A stretch of DNA of 64,000 bases from a virus: IMG/VR virus record IMGVR_UViG_3300044627_003356. One strand, 5' to 3'. Shown one piece after another: positions 47,343 to 57,278 of this stretch. The notes under the pieces were generated by a model. That model was not told the DNA's origin. It did not search any database and saw only the letters and a program-made list of their open reading frames with translations. The translations under genes were made by a program, and so were the position numbers. Numbering within the stretch: position 1 is the stretch's first letter; each line of letters begins with the position of its first letter.

Positions 47343-48408
47343 CTACTCCGTTCGTTGTCTCCACTTCAAATGCTTGGTCAACATCTCCTTGCATAATATT
47401 ACCTGAAGCAATTTGGTAAGTGTTCTGCACAAAATCTTGGAAGGATTTTTGTTTGAGAATTGGTAACCAAAAATCTGATGATTCGGTTTCTTTAATGCGG
47501 TATTTTTTATCTTCTATAACACCATCGGCGTCCACTTTGCTGTACCAACCATTGGACGGCTTAACAACATGACCCGATTCAAGAGCAAGGTCAAGTAACC
47601 CACTCCACTTACTAATGCCACCATCGTGACGAACCGTAACAGGAATTTTAGACTTTTCTTTAACATATCGGGATTTCTCTACATTAATAATGAAGTTGTA
47701 ACCAACAACCTCAGTACCTTCTTTTTCTTGCTGGCGTCCAATAATAAAGATATTATCAGCAGAATAGTATGAACCCGTTCCACCACCAACGATTGCTTTA
47801 GGGAACATACCAATTTCCATGTAGGTATGATTTACTACAATCATTGGAATATCTTTAAGATTTAAATGAGGAGTTATCATTCTGAATAATGATTTCACTT
47901 GTTTTGCTCTTGACATATCGGCAACAGACTTTTCTGCCAAGGCATCTTCAACTTCTTTCTTTGAAGCCAAATTACCAATCGAATCAATAATAATAATTAA
48001 CTTATCATTACGTTCTAATTGGGTTAATTGTTGCATAACATCAAACTTTAATTGTTCAATATCAGTAAGAGGTGTATGTAGAACTCTACTGGTATCAATA
48101 CCAAAGCTGTCAAAATAAGACTGAGGAGTGCCAAACTCCGAATCATAGAATAGTAACGCTGCATCTTCATATTTGTCCAAATAACTTTTTGCCATCAATA
48201 ACGAAAAGGCGGTCTTAAAGTGTTTTGATGGACCTGCCCACATTGTAAGACCGGGTGTTAAACCACCATCTAATTTACCGGACAACGCCACATTAATAAT
48301 GGGAACTGCCGTTGGTATCATATCTTTGTCAGTAAAGAACTTTGATTTAGAAAGAATTGCTGATTCTTTAATACTACTGTTCTTTTTAATTTTATCTAAT
48401 ATACTCAT
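47332..48408 (-). CDS. uvsX: RecA-like recombinase
   Basis: AGPSKHFKT, YDSEFG, DSIGNL, VGGGTG. Confidence 0.97.
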   Translation of the reverse strand: MSILDKIKKNSSIKESAILSKSKFFTDKDMIPTAVPIINVALSGKLDGGLTPGLTMWAGPSKHFKTAFSLLMAKSYLDKYEDAALLFYDSEFGTPQSYFDSFGIDTSRVLHTPLTDIEQLKFDVMQQLTQLERNDKLIIIIDSIGNLASKKEVEDALAEKSVADMSRAKQVKSLFRMITPHLNLKDIPMIVVNHTYMEIGMFPKAIVGGGTGSYYSADNIFIIGRQQEKEGTEVVGYNFIINVEKSRYVKEKSKIPVTVRHDGGISKWSGLLDLALESGHVVKPSNGWYSKVDADGVIEDKKYRIKETESSDFWLPILKQKSFQDFVQNTYQIASGNIMQGDVDQAFEVETTNGVDDE

Positions 48409-48419
48409 AATTCACCTTT

Positions 48420-49340
48420 TTAAAAGTCACCACCATCTAATCTTTTTTCTTTAAAAGCAAGTTCTGCTTTCTCATCATATTTACTTATGCGATCCGCCTC
48501 ACGCCTCGGAAAGCCCTTCTTTTTATTTTTAGGTGCCTCATCCTCCTCGATTGCAACCAAGTTCTCTTTGGGGATTTCAACCGTATTACTCGGCGATTCT
48601 TTAACTGGCGAAACTGTTTTTCGCCTCTGCTTAGTAGGCCTAGGTACCGAAATGGGAAGTGAACTCTTGCTTCCATATTTTTCCTTGTAAGATATGTTTC
48701 CTGCTATCAATAATAACACAGCTAGAGGGTCAAATACAAGCATAATCATGAAGATTACCAGTCTTACAGCCTTATCTAAGGCACCGTCACCACTACCAAA
48801 GAATATGTCTGCCACATATTTGATTGGACCAACATCTGCCACTAATTTATTTTCTTCTTTAAGAAGTGGTAACTTTTTCTTGTTGATTTCGGCCAATTCT
48901 TTTTGTGTTGTTTGAATCTGTCTATCAATTTGAACAGAAGCAGTTTCAGGATTACCGGCACGCTTGAGTAAATATTCTAGTCGTTGTTCGGCAATCTTCT
49001 GTTGTGAATTGAGTGTTTTGAGTTCGGCAGTATTTGCACCAGCATCTAATGTAGAATCAATATGTGATTTGGCCAAGAAACCAAAAATACCCATTGAAGT
49101 AATAAACATTAAGATGACAACGGCAGCCGTCAAGTATGACTTCAATAAAATATTAGTTTTCTGCCAATTATTATATAGCCATGATGCAGTAATTAATTTG
49201 GCAAATTCAAGTGTTGAACCCATAATAACAACTGGCCAAAATGCGCCAGAGAATATGAGTGCAAGACCAATAACTGAATAATAAGCAGCAGTACCAGATA
49301 ATAAGAATGCCGCTAAGAATGTTAATATGATTAGTATCAT
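48420..49340 (-). CDS. multi-pass membrane protein with coiled coil
   Basis: AYYSVIGL, TSMGIFGFL, VGPIKY, FDPLAV motifs; start moved to 49340. Confidence 0.75.
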   Translation of the reverse strand: MILIILTFLAAFLLSGTAAYYSVIGLALIFSGAFWPVVIMGSTLEFAKLITASWLYNNWQKTNILLKSYLTAAVVILMFITSMGIFGFLAKSHIDSTLDAGANTAELKTLNSQQKIAEQRLEYLLKRAGNPETASVQIDRQIQTTQKELAEINKKKLPLLKEENKLVADVGPIKYVADIFFGSGDGALDKAVRLVIFMIMLVFDPLAVLLLIAGNISYKEKYGSKSSLPISVPRPTKQRRKTVSPVKESPSNTVEIPKENLVAIEEDEAPKNKKKGFPRREADRISKYDEKAELAFKEKRLDGGDF

Positions 49341-51877
49341 GAGAAGAAATCCTCTATTGAACTTGTTTTTTCTGTTTTCCAGCCCATACAATCCAGAATA
49401 ACTTTAATTGGTTCTAAGAATGCCTTATCAAATTGCATATCATAATCAATATACTCTTGCAATTCGAATTCTTTTGGTAAACGAGATGGATACGAAATGA
49501 CCGTATCTTTAAATGGATTAGGCATCTTTAGGTAAGTAAACTTAACCTTTTCACCTTCTTGAATGAGTTGATATTTCTTGGTTAGATTCTTTTGTTTTAG
49601 ATTGTGATTATAAAGAATGGCACCTTTAACATGAATTGGTGTTCCTTTTTTATACAATGTTAATGCATCAGAATAGGTATTTAGGCCATTAAGACCACGA
49701 GGAAAAGAGATTTCTTCTACAGGTAATGTTTTGAATTCTTTTCTAAAATCTTCAATAAATTTATATACATCTTCCTGTGTACCATTTACCATTAACTGAA
49801 TGGCTTCTTTCATTCTCTCACGGATGGCAGATGGTGTCGATGATTTAATCATTTCAAGACCCATGACTTTCATCTGTGGTTCTTTATATTGAACACCTTC
49901 ATTATTATACACATTCAGAATGTATCGTTTCTTGGCAGTCCAGATGCCTTTGTTGGATAGACCTTCTCGTTTCATTTCCATTTTTTGCTGATAGGCGTGA
50001 ACATACTCAGCCAGTTCTTTATATGACTTATCGATATATGGTTGAATCTTTTCTTCACAGATTTTATCCATGAGAGAGATTACCTTCTGTTTGTCTGATG
50101 TGTCTTTAATAAATTTATTGACGAGCTCGCCCATGCGCAAATAGATTGAATCAGTATCAGAAGCAATTACATAATCCTTATCTTTTGTATCAAGTATCTT
50201 GTTCATCCAAAGGTTAATTTTATTTTCAATCCAACGAATACTTAATTGGCCAGCAGTAGTGACGCCAAGAGCCATCCGCAAATCGTAGAAACGGAAATAC
50301 TGAGAACCCAAAGCACCGTAAGCAGAATTAAGGGAAACTTTCTTTGCCAATTGTATGTTGTTGTATTTGGCGATTCGTTTTTCAATTTCATATTTCTTCG
50401 AGCTATCCGTTTCATTTTCATACTCCTGTTTTGCTTGTAACATCAATTTCTTAAACTTACTTCTGTCTGTATACATTTCTTCCATCATCTTAGGCAAGAA
50501 CCCCCGAATATCGGTACGAAAGAATTGGCCATTAGGTGTTAGTGTTGCACCTTCTAACTGTGATGTGTTGATTTCTTTTCTTAACATTCTATCAACAGAA
50601 ACACCTTGTTCAAGTATCTCACGCATTGCATCAGTATAATTCTCTGGTTCAATAAGAGTTTCTGGTGAAATATTATATTGCATCATCAAATGTGGATACA
50701 GAGAGTTTAAGTCAAATGAGGCAACCCAATCATGTAAACCAACTTGCGGTATTTTAACATAGGCACCTTCAAATGCTGCATCTTTATCTTTGACCACTCG
50801 TGGTGGAACAATAATATTTTTCTCACGCAAGTAAGAATAAGTCATCGCATCCCACATACGAGTTTGTGCAAAAATATCTTCATAGTTGGATTTTGTATCG
50901 TAGGCCAGAGTTACACCTAGTTCCAACAGTTTTAATTTTTCTTCAAGTCGAACAATCAACTCAACGTCTTTAATGTTATACTCAATAAACTTTTGATAGT
51001 TTAAACGATACAAGGCATGTAGATTATCATATTCATCATAGGCAATCTTACCTTCACCCAATTCAACCTGTGCAATGTTATCTAAACGATATGATTCTTG
51101 TGACTTACCGCCTGGTGCATACCATTTGTACAGTTCAATATAATCGAGTGCTGCGACACCAACAATGTCATAAGCAATTAGTTCACGGCCATTGATTCGT
51201 GTTTTTCTTTCGGTAAGATATTTCCAAGGAGATAAGGTTTTGGTTTCATCTTCACCTAGAATTTTGCGGAAACGATTGATGATGTATGGTACGTCAAAGA
51301 ACTTGGTGTTCCAACCAGTAAGAATATCAGGACATACTTTTGTCCAGAGTGCCATGAATTGTTTACATAAAGAATATTCATCTTTACACTTCACATAAAC
51401 TTCTTCACCTTGCGTGACATAATCACCACAACCAAACACATAAGTTTTGCCGTTAAGATACTTAATTGCAATTGCTGTGATAGGTTCGTTTGCTTCATAT
51501 GGATCAGGAAAGCCATTTTCTGAACCGACCTCGATATCGATTACAGCAATTAAGACCTTATCTTGGTCATAGTCAACCATGCCTTGGTGTTGATCGGCAA
51601 TAAAGGCATATTCAAATCGTGTTTGGCCATAGACCTTAGAGGCACCAGACACACCATCGAATTGCTTGATGTAATCTCTTGCCTCTTTAGTTGTACCAAA
51701 TACTTTTTGATCTAGATAATCACCAGTAAGTGTGGTGAAATTAGTAACTCGTTTGGATGGTAGAAAAAGAGAAGGAGAATATTCAATTCTCTGTTTTACT
51801 CTTTTGCCATCCTGAATGCCTCGATAAAGTATATTACTACCGAAACATTGAACATTAGTATAGAATGATGAACTCAA
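49337..51877 (-). CDS. gp43: family B DNA polymerase
   Basis: DIE exonuclease, FDLNSLYP, KVSLNSAYG, DTDS motifs; uninterrupted. Confidence 0.98.
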   Translation of the reverse strand: MSSSFYTNVQCFGSNILYRGIQDGKRVKQRIEYSPSLFLPSKRVTNFTTLTGDYLDQKVFGTTKEARDYIKQFDGVSGASKVYGQTRFEYAFIADQHQGMVDYDQDKVLIAVIDIEVGSENGFPDPYEANEPITAIAIKYLNGKTYVFGCGDYVTQGEEVYVKCKDEYSLCKQFMALWTKVCPDILTGWNTKFFDVPYIINRFRKILGEDETKTLSPWKYLTERKTRINGRELIAYDIVGVAALDYIELYKWYAPGGKSQESYRLDNIAQVELGEGKIAYDEYDNLHALYRLNYQKFIEYNIKDVELIVRLEEKLKLLELGVTLAYDTKSNYEDIFAQTRMWDAMTYSYLREKNIIVPPRVVKDKDAAFEGAYVKIPQVGLHDWVASFDLNSLYPHLMMQYNISPETLIEPENYTDAMREILEQGVSVDRMLRKEINTSQLEGATLTPNGQFFRTDIRGFLPKMMEEMYTDRSKFKKLMLQAKQEYENETDSSKKYEIEKRIAKYNNIQLAKKVSLNSAYGALGSQYFRFYDLRMALGVTTAGQLSIRWIENKINLWMNKILDTKDKDYVIASDTDSIYLRMGELVNKFIKDTSDKQKVISLMDKICEEKIQPYIDKSYKELAEYVHAYQQKMEMKREGLSNKGIWTAKKRYILNVYNNEGVQYKEPQMKVMGLEMIKSSTPSAIRERMKEAIQLMVNGTQEDVYKFIEDFRKEFKTLPVEEISFPRGLNGLNTYSDALTLYKKGTPIHVKGAILYNHNLKQKNLTKKYQLIQEGEKVKFTYLKMPNPFKDTVISYPSRLPKEFELQEYIDYDMQFDKAFLEPIKVILDCMGWKTEKTSSIEDFFS

Positions 51878-51878
51878 T

Positions 51879-52190
51879 TTAGCCTGTAATTAATTGTTTT
51901 GTTGGAGGAAGAACGATACCAGAACCGAAAATTTGATTGTAGTTCGTGATAAAATCTTCCGCAGGAACATAGGAGTATACTACATTCTTCTTGGCTAAGG
52001 CAACCACCGCACCTGATTTTTGTTCGGCATGAATGGGAAATGGTGCGAATCCGACACTTGGTTTACCATCAGGACCACGAACCACAGCGATACCAACAGG
52101 ATTGGTTATCACAAATTCAGTTTCGGATTCAGACTCAATTTCTCCAAGAACATCTTCACCAGTTATTAGTTTAAGTGCTAAAATTTTCAT
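51879..52190 (-). CDS. conserved T4-like Sm-like hypothetical protein
   Basis: KLITGEDVLG start, YNQIFGSGIV end; start moved to 52190. Confidence 0.75.
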   Translation of the reverse strand: MKILALKLITGEDVLGEIESESETEFVITNPVGIAVVRGPDGKPSVGFAPFPIHAEQKSGAVVALAKKNVVYSYVPAEDFITNYNQIFGSGIVLPPTKQLITG

Positions 52191-52246
52191 AGTTATTATC
52201 TCCAGAGCGAATATATTTAAAAGTTGTTTAATGCACATCAAATTAG

Positions 52247-52254
52247 TATAAATA
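52247..52254 (+). promoter_or_regulatory. T4-type late promoter for the plus-strand island
   Basis: TATAAATA 70 nt upstream of the 52325 ATG. Confidence 0.65.
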
Positions 52255-52288
52255 AGTATGTATTGAAACTTATATTGATGATTTACTG

Positions 52289-52317
52289 ATTATATAACAA
52301 TAACCAACGATTGTCAA
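52289..52317 (-). promoter_or_regulatory. sigma70-like promoter for replication genes
   Basis: TTGACA-17nt-TATAAT. Confidence 0.8.
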
Positions 52318-52324
52318 TATAAAA

Positions 52325-52603
52325 ATGGACTTTTTTAAGATTGTTGCCGAATTAGGTTTCCCAATAGCCGCTGCGTTTGCTGCAGGTTATTTTGTGTTCC
52401 TAACTTTAAAATTTATTCTGGCCGGTGTTACCGGTTCTGTCAAAAGTTTAAGTGGTATTATTACCGCCTTAGACAATCGTGTTAAAACAATGAACCATGA
52501 TGTTATCAGAATTGATACTCTAATGTCAAGCGCTATGGGTGTCAAACCTGATATCGACCGTATTGCTCGTGCAGACGGCAAGAACGATGCTAGGAGAGAT
52601 TGA
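52325..52603 (+). CDS. small membrane protein (GFPI motif), paralog A
   Basis: single TM then coiled coil; similar to 53000-53278. Confidence 0.8.
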   Translation: MDFFKIVAELGFPIAAAFAAGYFVFLTLKFILAGVTGSVKSLSGIITALDNRVKTMNHDVIRIDTLMSSAMGVKPDIDRIARADGKNDARRD

Positions 52604-52764
52604 TGCCCGCTTATCTTGAATTAGACGATTTGGAAGATTTGGTTATTCACTTCCATGACGTTGCCAGAATGATAGAACGTGAAATAGGTACTGGTGAATT
52701 GACGAAAGACATTAGAAGTTGTGGTGACCGATTAAAAGAATTACTCAAAGAAAGAATAGAGTAG
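52603..52764 (+). CDS. hypothetical protein (53 aa)
   Basis: hand-translated MPAYLELDDLEDLVIHFHDVAR...; AGGAG RBS, TGATG coupling. Confidence 0.6.
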   Translation: MPAYLELDDLEDLVIHFHDVARMIEREIGTGELTKDIRSCGDRLKELLKERIE

Positions 52765-52956
52765 TTGATGTATGTTGATGGTTACCTACTTTTAGTAATT
52801 TATTTGATTGCGGTGTTAGCGGCAGCAATTAGTGTATACGCTTTATGGACTTTAAAAGAAGTTGAAGAACAGTTAAAGAAAAAAGATAAACCTAATAAAC
52901 CTAATAACGCTTGGGATCATTATCACAATACTGCAAATCAAAAAAAAACATTCTAA
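52765..52956 (+). CDS. small membrane protein
   Basis: N-terminal hydrophobic helix. Confidence 0.55.
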   Translation: MMYVDGYLLLVIYLIAVLAAAISVYALWTLKEVEEQLKKKDKPNKPNNAWDHYHNTANQKKTF

Positions 52957-52999
52957 AGATAAAGCAAAAGGTTATTTCGATAACCTATAAGGAAATATT

Positions 53000-53278
53000 A
53001 TGGATTTAGTAGAAATAGTTAACAAATATGGTTTTCCAATTGTTGCAGCTGGCGGCATGGGATACTTCATTTATTATGTGTGGACTTGGGTAACAAAAGA
53101 AATTAAACCTGTATTGAGTGAAGCAAGTTCGGTATTAATTGCTTTGATTGACCGTGTCAGGATGTTAGATAATGATTTGATAAGATTGAATCAGAAAATT
53201 AACATCGTATTAATGATGCGAGAAATTAAAGAAGATGAAAAACACAAAAAAGATTCTAGTAACCCTCCTACTGATTAG
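53000..53278 (+). CDS. small membrane protein (GFPI motif), paralog B
   Basis: GFPIVAAGGMGYF and DRVRMLDNDLIRL resemble paralog A. Confidence 0.8.
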   Translation: MDLVEIVNKYGFPIVAAGGMGYFIYYVWTWVTKEIKPVLSEASSVLIALIDRVRMLDNDLIRLNQKINIVLMMREIKEDEKHKKDSSNPPTD

Positions 53279-53681
53279 TTCAAATTTATACGCAGCTGAG
53301 TTAATCCACCAATTTAATTCTCCATCCTTTAGTGGTATTGGTTATTCCAACCATGTTATAACCATTGAGCAATTAGAATCTCAACGCAAACAAAAAATAA
53401 GAGATGAAGCTAAATCGGCAGCTGATGCAGCTGAACGGGCAGCAAAAAATACCAATTTAGCTAAATTTTTAAATAATGTGGAATCTCGCATTTACGCACA
53501 ACTATCAAAACAGTTGGCCGACCAAATGTTTGCCGAAGGTGGTGCAACACAAGGAACAATGGATTTTCAAGGCACACAAATGTCTTGGGTTAACCTTGGT
53601 TCGGAAGTTCAACTAACAATTACTAATCCTGATGGCACACAAACAATAGTAACAGTACCTATTGGAACATTTGGTTTCTAA
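53235..53681 (+). CDS. csgF: curli assembly protein CsgF
   Basis: signal peptide, mature ELIHQFNSPSFSG (CsgF FxNPxFGG-like), ESRIYAQLS. Confidence 0.85.
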   Translation: MKNTKKILVTLLLISSNLYAAELIHQFNSPSFSGIGYSNHVITIEQLESQRKQKIRDEAKSAADAAERAAKNTNLAKFLNNVESRIYAQLSKQLADQMFAEGGATQGTMDFQGTQMSWVNLGSEVQLTITNPDGTQTIVTVPIGTFGF

Positions 53682-54464
53682 ATGAAAAAAACACTTATAG
53701 TTTTAACCATTTTATTTTTAACAGGCTGTGCTCAATTGCATATGCACTTTGCACAAGAAGAACCTGTGGAATTAAAACCAAAAGAAAATTTAATAACCAA
53801 ATTACCAAAGTTGGATGGTCCACCAATTACTATTGCAGTATATGGTTTCTTAGATAAAACAGGACAAAAGAAACCTGGTGATAAAATCGCATTGTTCTCT
53901 AGTGCCGTCACTCAAGGTGCAGAAGTATTCTTAATTAAATCATTACACGATTCACGAAATTGGTTTAAAGTGGTTGAACGAGTTGGTTTGGATAATTTAA
54001 TTAAAGAACGACAGTTAATACGCAACCAAAGAGAAGTCTATGAAGGCAAAAATGCTACGCCATTGAAACCAATGACGGTTGCTGGAGTAATTATTGATGG
54101 TGGTATTATTGGTTATGATAGTAATATACGAAGTGGAGGTAATGGTGCTCGATTTCTTGGTATTGGTGGTTCACAACAATATCGAGTTGATGAAGTAGTT
54201 ATCTCTCTTAGGTTGATTAGTGTTAATACCGGAGAAATATTAATGACAAATGCCGTGTCAAAAACAATTTTTAGTACGGCACACAATGTGGGTGTTTTTC
54301 GTTTTGTTGACCAAGGAACGAAATCGCTTGAATTGGAAAGTGGTAATGCTTTGAATGAACCCACAACATATGCAGTTCGAGTAGCAATAGAACAAGCTGT
54401 GTATGACATGATAATTAATGGAGAAAAAAAAGGTCTTTGGAAATTTAAACAAGAGGAAAAATAA
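53682..54464 (+). CDS. csgG: curli secretion channel lipoprotein CsgG
   Basis: lipobox LTGC; AVYGFLDKTGQ, FSSAVTQG, VERVGLDNLIKERQLIR, GGIIGYD. Confidence 0.95.
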   Translation: MKKTLIVLTILFLTGCAQLHMHFAQEEPVELKPKENLITKLPKLDGPPITIAVYGFLDKTGQKKPGDKIALFSSAVTQGAEVFLIKSLHDSRNWFKVVERVGLDNLIKERQLIRNQREVYEGKNATPLKPMTVAGVIIDGGIIGYDSNIRSGGNGARFLGIGGSQQYRVDEVVISLRLISVNTGEILMTNAVSKTIFSTAHNVGVFRFVDQGTKSLELESGNALNEPTTYAVRVAIEQAVYDMIINGEKKGLWKFKQEEK

Positions 54465-54466
54465 AA

Positions 54467-55060
54467 ATGAAACTTAAAGCAATTGCTCTAATTATGGCGA
54501 TTCTTGGGTTTAATTATGCTGTAGCAAATGATGTTTATGTTGAACAAGTTGGTAGTAGTTCAACCGTAACAATTACACAAGAAGGTACAGGTAACCAAGC
54601 TGGAAACTCAACCGATTCACTTTATATTGGCTCTGGATCCAATGTCGTTACAATTGACCAAATAGGTGACAGTAACATTTTAGCCATGGTTGTTAATGGC
54701 GCTTCGGCCGATGTAACAGTTAACACCACGGGTAGTGGTAATCAACAAACGATTGATTGTGGTACAACTAGCTCTGCTGGATGTTCTGGTAGCACAATCA
54801 CGCAAATTGTTGACGGTGATGATAACACCATTACACAAAGCTTAGGTGCAGGTGCAAATCACACCAGTAACATTACAGTAACAGGTAGTGATAATGCAGT
54901 AACACATACCAGCACCGCAACTGGTACAACATCAATGAACGCAACGATTACTGGTAGCACAAATACTGTTGGTGTTACACAATCTGGAATGACTACACAA
55001 AATGTTACGATTAACTCAACTGGTAATAGCAACACTATTACTGTTAACCAGTCAAACTAA
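54467..55060 (+). CDS. curlin-repeat secreted protein (CsgA/B-like)
   Basis: signal peptide; repeated N-x5-Q-x-G-x2-N units; Q/N/G/S/T-rich. Confidence 0.8.
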   Translation: MKLKAIALIMAILGFNYAVANDVYVEQVGSSSTVTITQEGTGNQAGNSTDSLYIGSGSNVVTIDQIGDSNILAMVVNGASADVTVNTTGSGNQQTIDCGTTSSAGCSGSTITQIVDGDDNTITQSLGAGANHTSNITVTGSDNAVTHTSTATGTTSMNATITGSTNTVGVTQSGMTTQNVTINSTGNSNTITVNQSN

Positions 55061-56087
55061 TTTTGCAGCTGTAGGCAAAGTTACGGAACAATCTGGTCCA
55101 ACAGAAATAGTTCGCAATAAAAAATCAATACCTAGTGTGATAAACACTGGTGTTGAAATGAATGATACAATAGTGACAGCGAAAGCGAAAGCCAAGCTGA
55201 CTTTTCAGGACAACACGACAGTCAATATTACCGAACAATCAAAATTGGTAATAGATGACTTCGTGTATGATCCGAATAAGGGCACAGGAAAACTGGCAGT
55301 TAAGGTTGCCCTTGGTACTGCACGATATACTTCAGGTCAAATAGCTAAGAATAGTCCACAATCAGTAAGTGTTCAAACACCAACTGCTACGGTTGCAGTT
55401 CGTGGTACAGACTTTTCAATGACCGTAGATGAATTGGGTCGGTCTCTAATTATGTTATTGCCATCATGCGACAAAGATAAAAAGAAATGCGTTACTGGTG
55501 CCATCGCAGTTAAAAATGATGCAGGTGAAGTTTTTATGAATGAAGCATACCAAACTACTTTAGTTATTTCAACAAGTATATCACCATCGGCACCTGTTAT
55601 AGTTAACATAGACCAAGCCAACATTAATAATCTTTTGATTATATCTCCACCAAAAGAAGTCAAAGAAACTTATGTTGAATCTAAAACGGCTTTAGATGTA
55701 AACTTCTTGTCCTTAGACCTTTTAAAATTTACTGGTTTAGATGAAAATCAACTAGAAAACTTTAAAGAGCTGGACATGAATTTATTGGACATTGATTTAT
55801 TAGGCAATCTTTTGGATGCTGAAAATGCGGCGCTTGCTGCGAACCAAGAGGTATTATCGGTTGAAACAAAACTATTACCAGGATACAATGCGGCTTCTGG
55901 TGCTCGATACTTTCTTAACGATGACCAATCCAAAATAAGTTATTGTAAATATGGTGGTAGTCACACCGCTTGTGTTATTGCATCGGCAGACGAAAGTAAA
56001 ACTTTATCATTTAATCAAGATGGTTCACCACTAATACAAAACATCAATAAAGGTGGAGATTCAAATATCACCATAATACAAAGATGA
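55002..56087 (+). CDS. periplasmic FecR-domain protein
   Basis: signal peptide; DTIVT, LTFQDNT, SKLVID, TPTATVAVRGTDF motifs. Confidence 0.9.
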   Translation: MLRLTQLVIATLLLLTSQTNFAAVGKVTEQSGPTEIVRNKKSIPSVINTGVEMNDTIVTAKAKAKLTFQDNTTVNITEQSKLVIDDFVYDPNKGTGKLAVKVALGTARYTSGQIAKNSPQSVSVQTPTATVAVRGTDFSMTVDELGRSLIMLLPSCDKDKKKCVTGAIAVKNDAGEVFMNEAYQTTLVISTSISPSAPVIVNIDQANINNLLIISPPKEVKETYVESKTALDVNFLSLDLLKFTGLDENQLENFKELDMNLLDIDLLGNLLDAENAALAANQEVLSVETKLLPGYNAASGARYFLNDDQSKISYCKYGGSHTACVIASADESKTLSFNQDGSPLIQNINKGGDSNITIIQR

Positions 56088-57268
56088 AAAAATTATTTTT
56101 GTTTCTAATGATGATATGCAGTATTGCTCGAGCAGATATTTTAGACTTGAAGGTTAGTACCGCACAGATATTTGATGTGCAATGGTATATTTCAGGTAAT
56201 ACATTGTATGCCAGTGGTTTCAATTATATTTACGCTTCTGTGAATTATGCAACACAGACTACTAGTGCGGCCCGTTGGACTGCGGCTCAAACAACAGACG
56301 CTGGTGCTAACGGCCGTTATATAGGATTCTTCAACAGCACAACCAATCCTGGCACTTACGGTATGGCCGTGTTCAATAGTAATGGCACCAGATACAAAAC
56401 TATCAACAACACCGGATCGTTTAGAGCGTTGGCCAACGGCGCCATCTTTTATAACGGTAACGGTATGTGGGGTACATTAATAACTACGGGACAAGGTTAT
56501 AACTACGGGCAAAGCGGATCGTGGGCAGTGACGCAGAGCAATCCAACTAACACACAATTGCAAGCTTATGTTCCTCCAAGTTCAACACCTTTATCTGCTG
56601 GCCAAACCGCAGCACCTCCAGCGCCAACATATTCAGCCACAATAACAACAGAACAACAAAATAAAATTAATGAGGCACGAGCAAGACAAACATATAAGAA
56701 TGAAATTAATATTGACCAAATAGGACATTACAATAATATTGATGTTATACAATCTGGATATTATCATTTAATCGATATTAATGTTAATGGTGATACAAAT
56801 CTAATTGATGTTGCACAATACGGAATCAAAAACTATGCCAAAGTTCAAACAACAAATGGCAATAATAATTCAGTAAATATATTTCAACACAATACAGGCG
56901 GCGCTCAGGTACTTGGTCATTTCTCGGAAACATTAATTTCTGGAAGTAATAATACAGTAACTTTAAATCAAACGGGTGATGGAGAAAAAAGAAATTTTAC
57001 TAATGTAAGTGGTAATTTAAATACCATTAATCATTTACAAAATGGCACCGGTACAAAATACTCTGACATAAAAGCCACTGGAAACGGCCATACGATCACA
57101 CTAGACCAAAAAGACGGTGGTGCTCACGCAGCTCGGATTGAAGTAACAAATAATGGCGGAGCTTCTACTGTAAACGTATCTCAACAAGGCAATACCAATC
57201 AAACTTATTCTGTTCAACAACTTTGTGCTACCGTAAGTGGATGTTCAGTCGGTATTCAACAGCAATAA
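56084..57268 (+). CDS. secreted protein: N-terminal globular domain plus C-terminal curlin repeats
   Basis: signal peptide, Pro-rich linker, NEINIDQIG..NNIDVIQSG repeats, terminal Cys pair. Confidence 0.8.
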   Translation: MKKLFLFLMMICSIARADILDLKVSTAQIFDVQWYISGNTLYASGFNYIYASVNYATQTTSAARWTAAQTTDAGANGRYIGFFNSTTNPGTYGMAVFNSNGTRYKTINNTGSFRALANGAIFYNGNGMWGTLITTGQGYNYGQSGSWAVTQSNPTNTQLQAYVPPSSTPLSAGQTAAPPAPTYSATITTEQQNKINEARARQTYKNEINIDQIGHYNNIDVIQSGYYHLIDINVNGDTNLIDVAQYGIKNYAKVQTTNGNNNSVNIFQHNTGGAQVLGHFSETLISGSNNTVTLNQTGDGEKRNFTNVSGNLNTINHLQNGTGTKYSDIKATGNGHTITLDQKDGGAHAARIEVTNNGGASTVNVSQQGNTNQTYSVQQLCATVSGCSVGIQQQ

Positions 57269-57278
57269 ATAATTTACT

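Noticed and set aside
15-52251. Many short plus-strand ORFs in the ORF track (e.g. 950-1198, 9308-9646, 23141-23647, 31477-31944)
   Set aside because: They are antisense shadows of well-supported minus-strand genes, with no recognisable motifs
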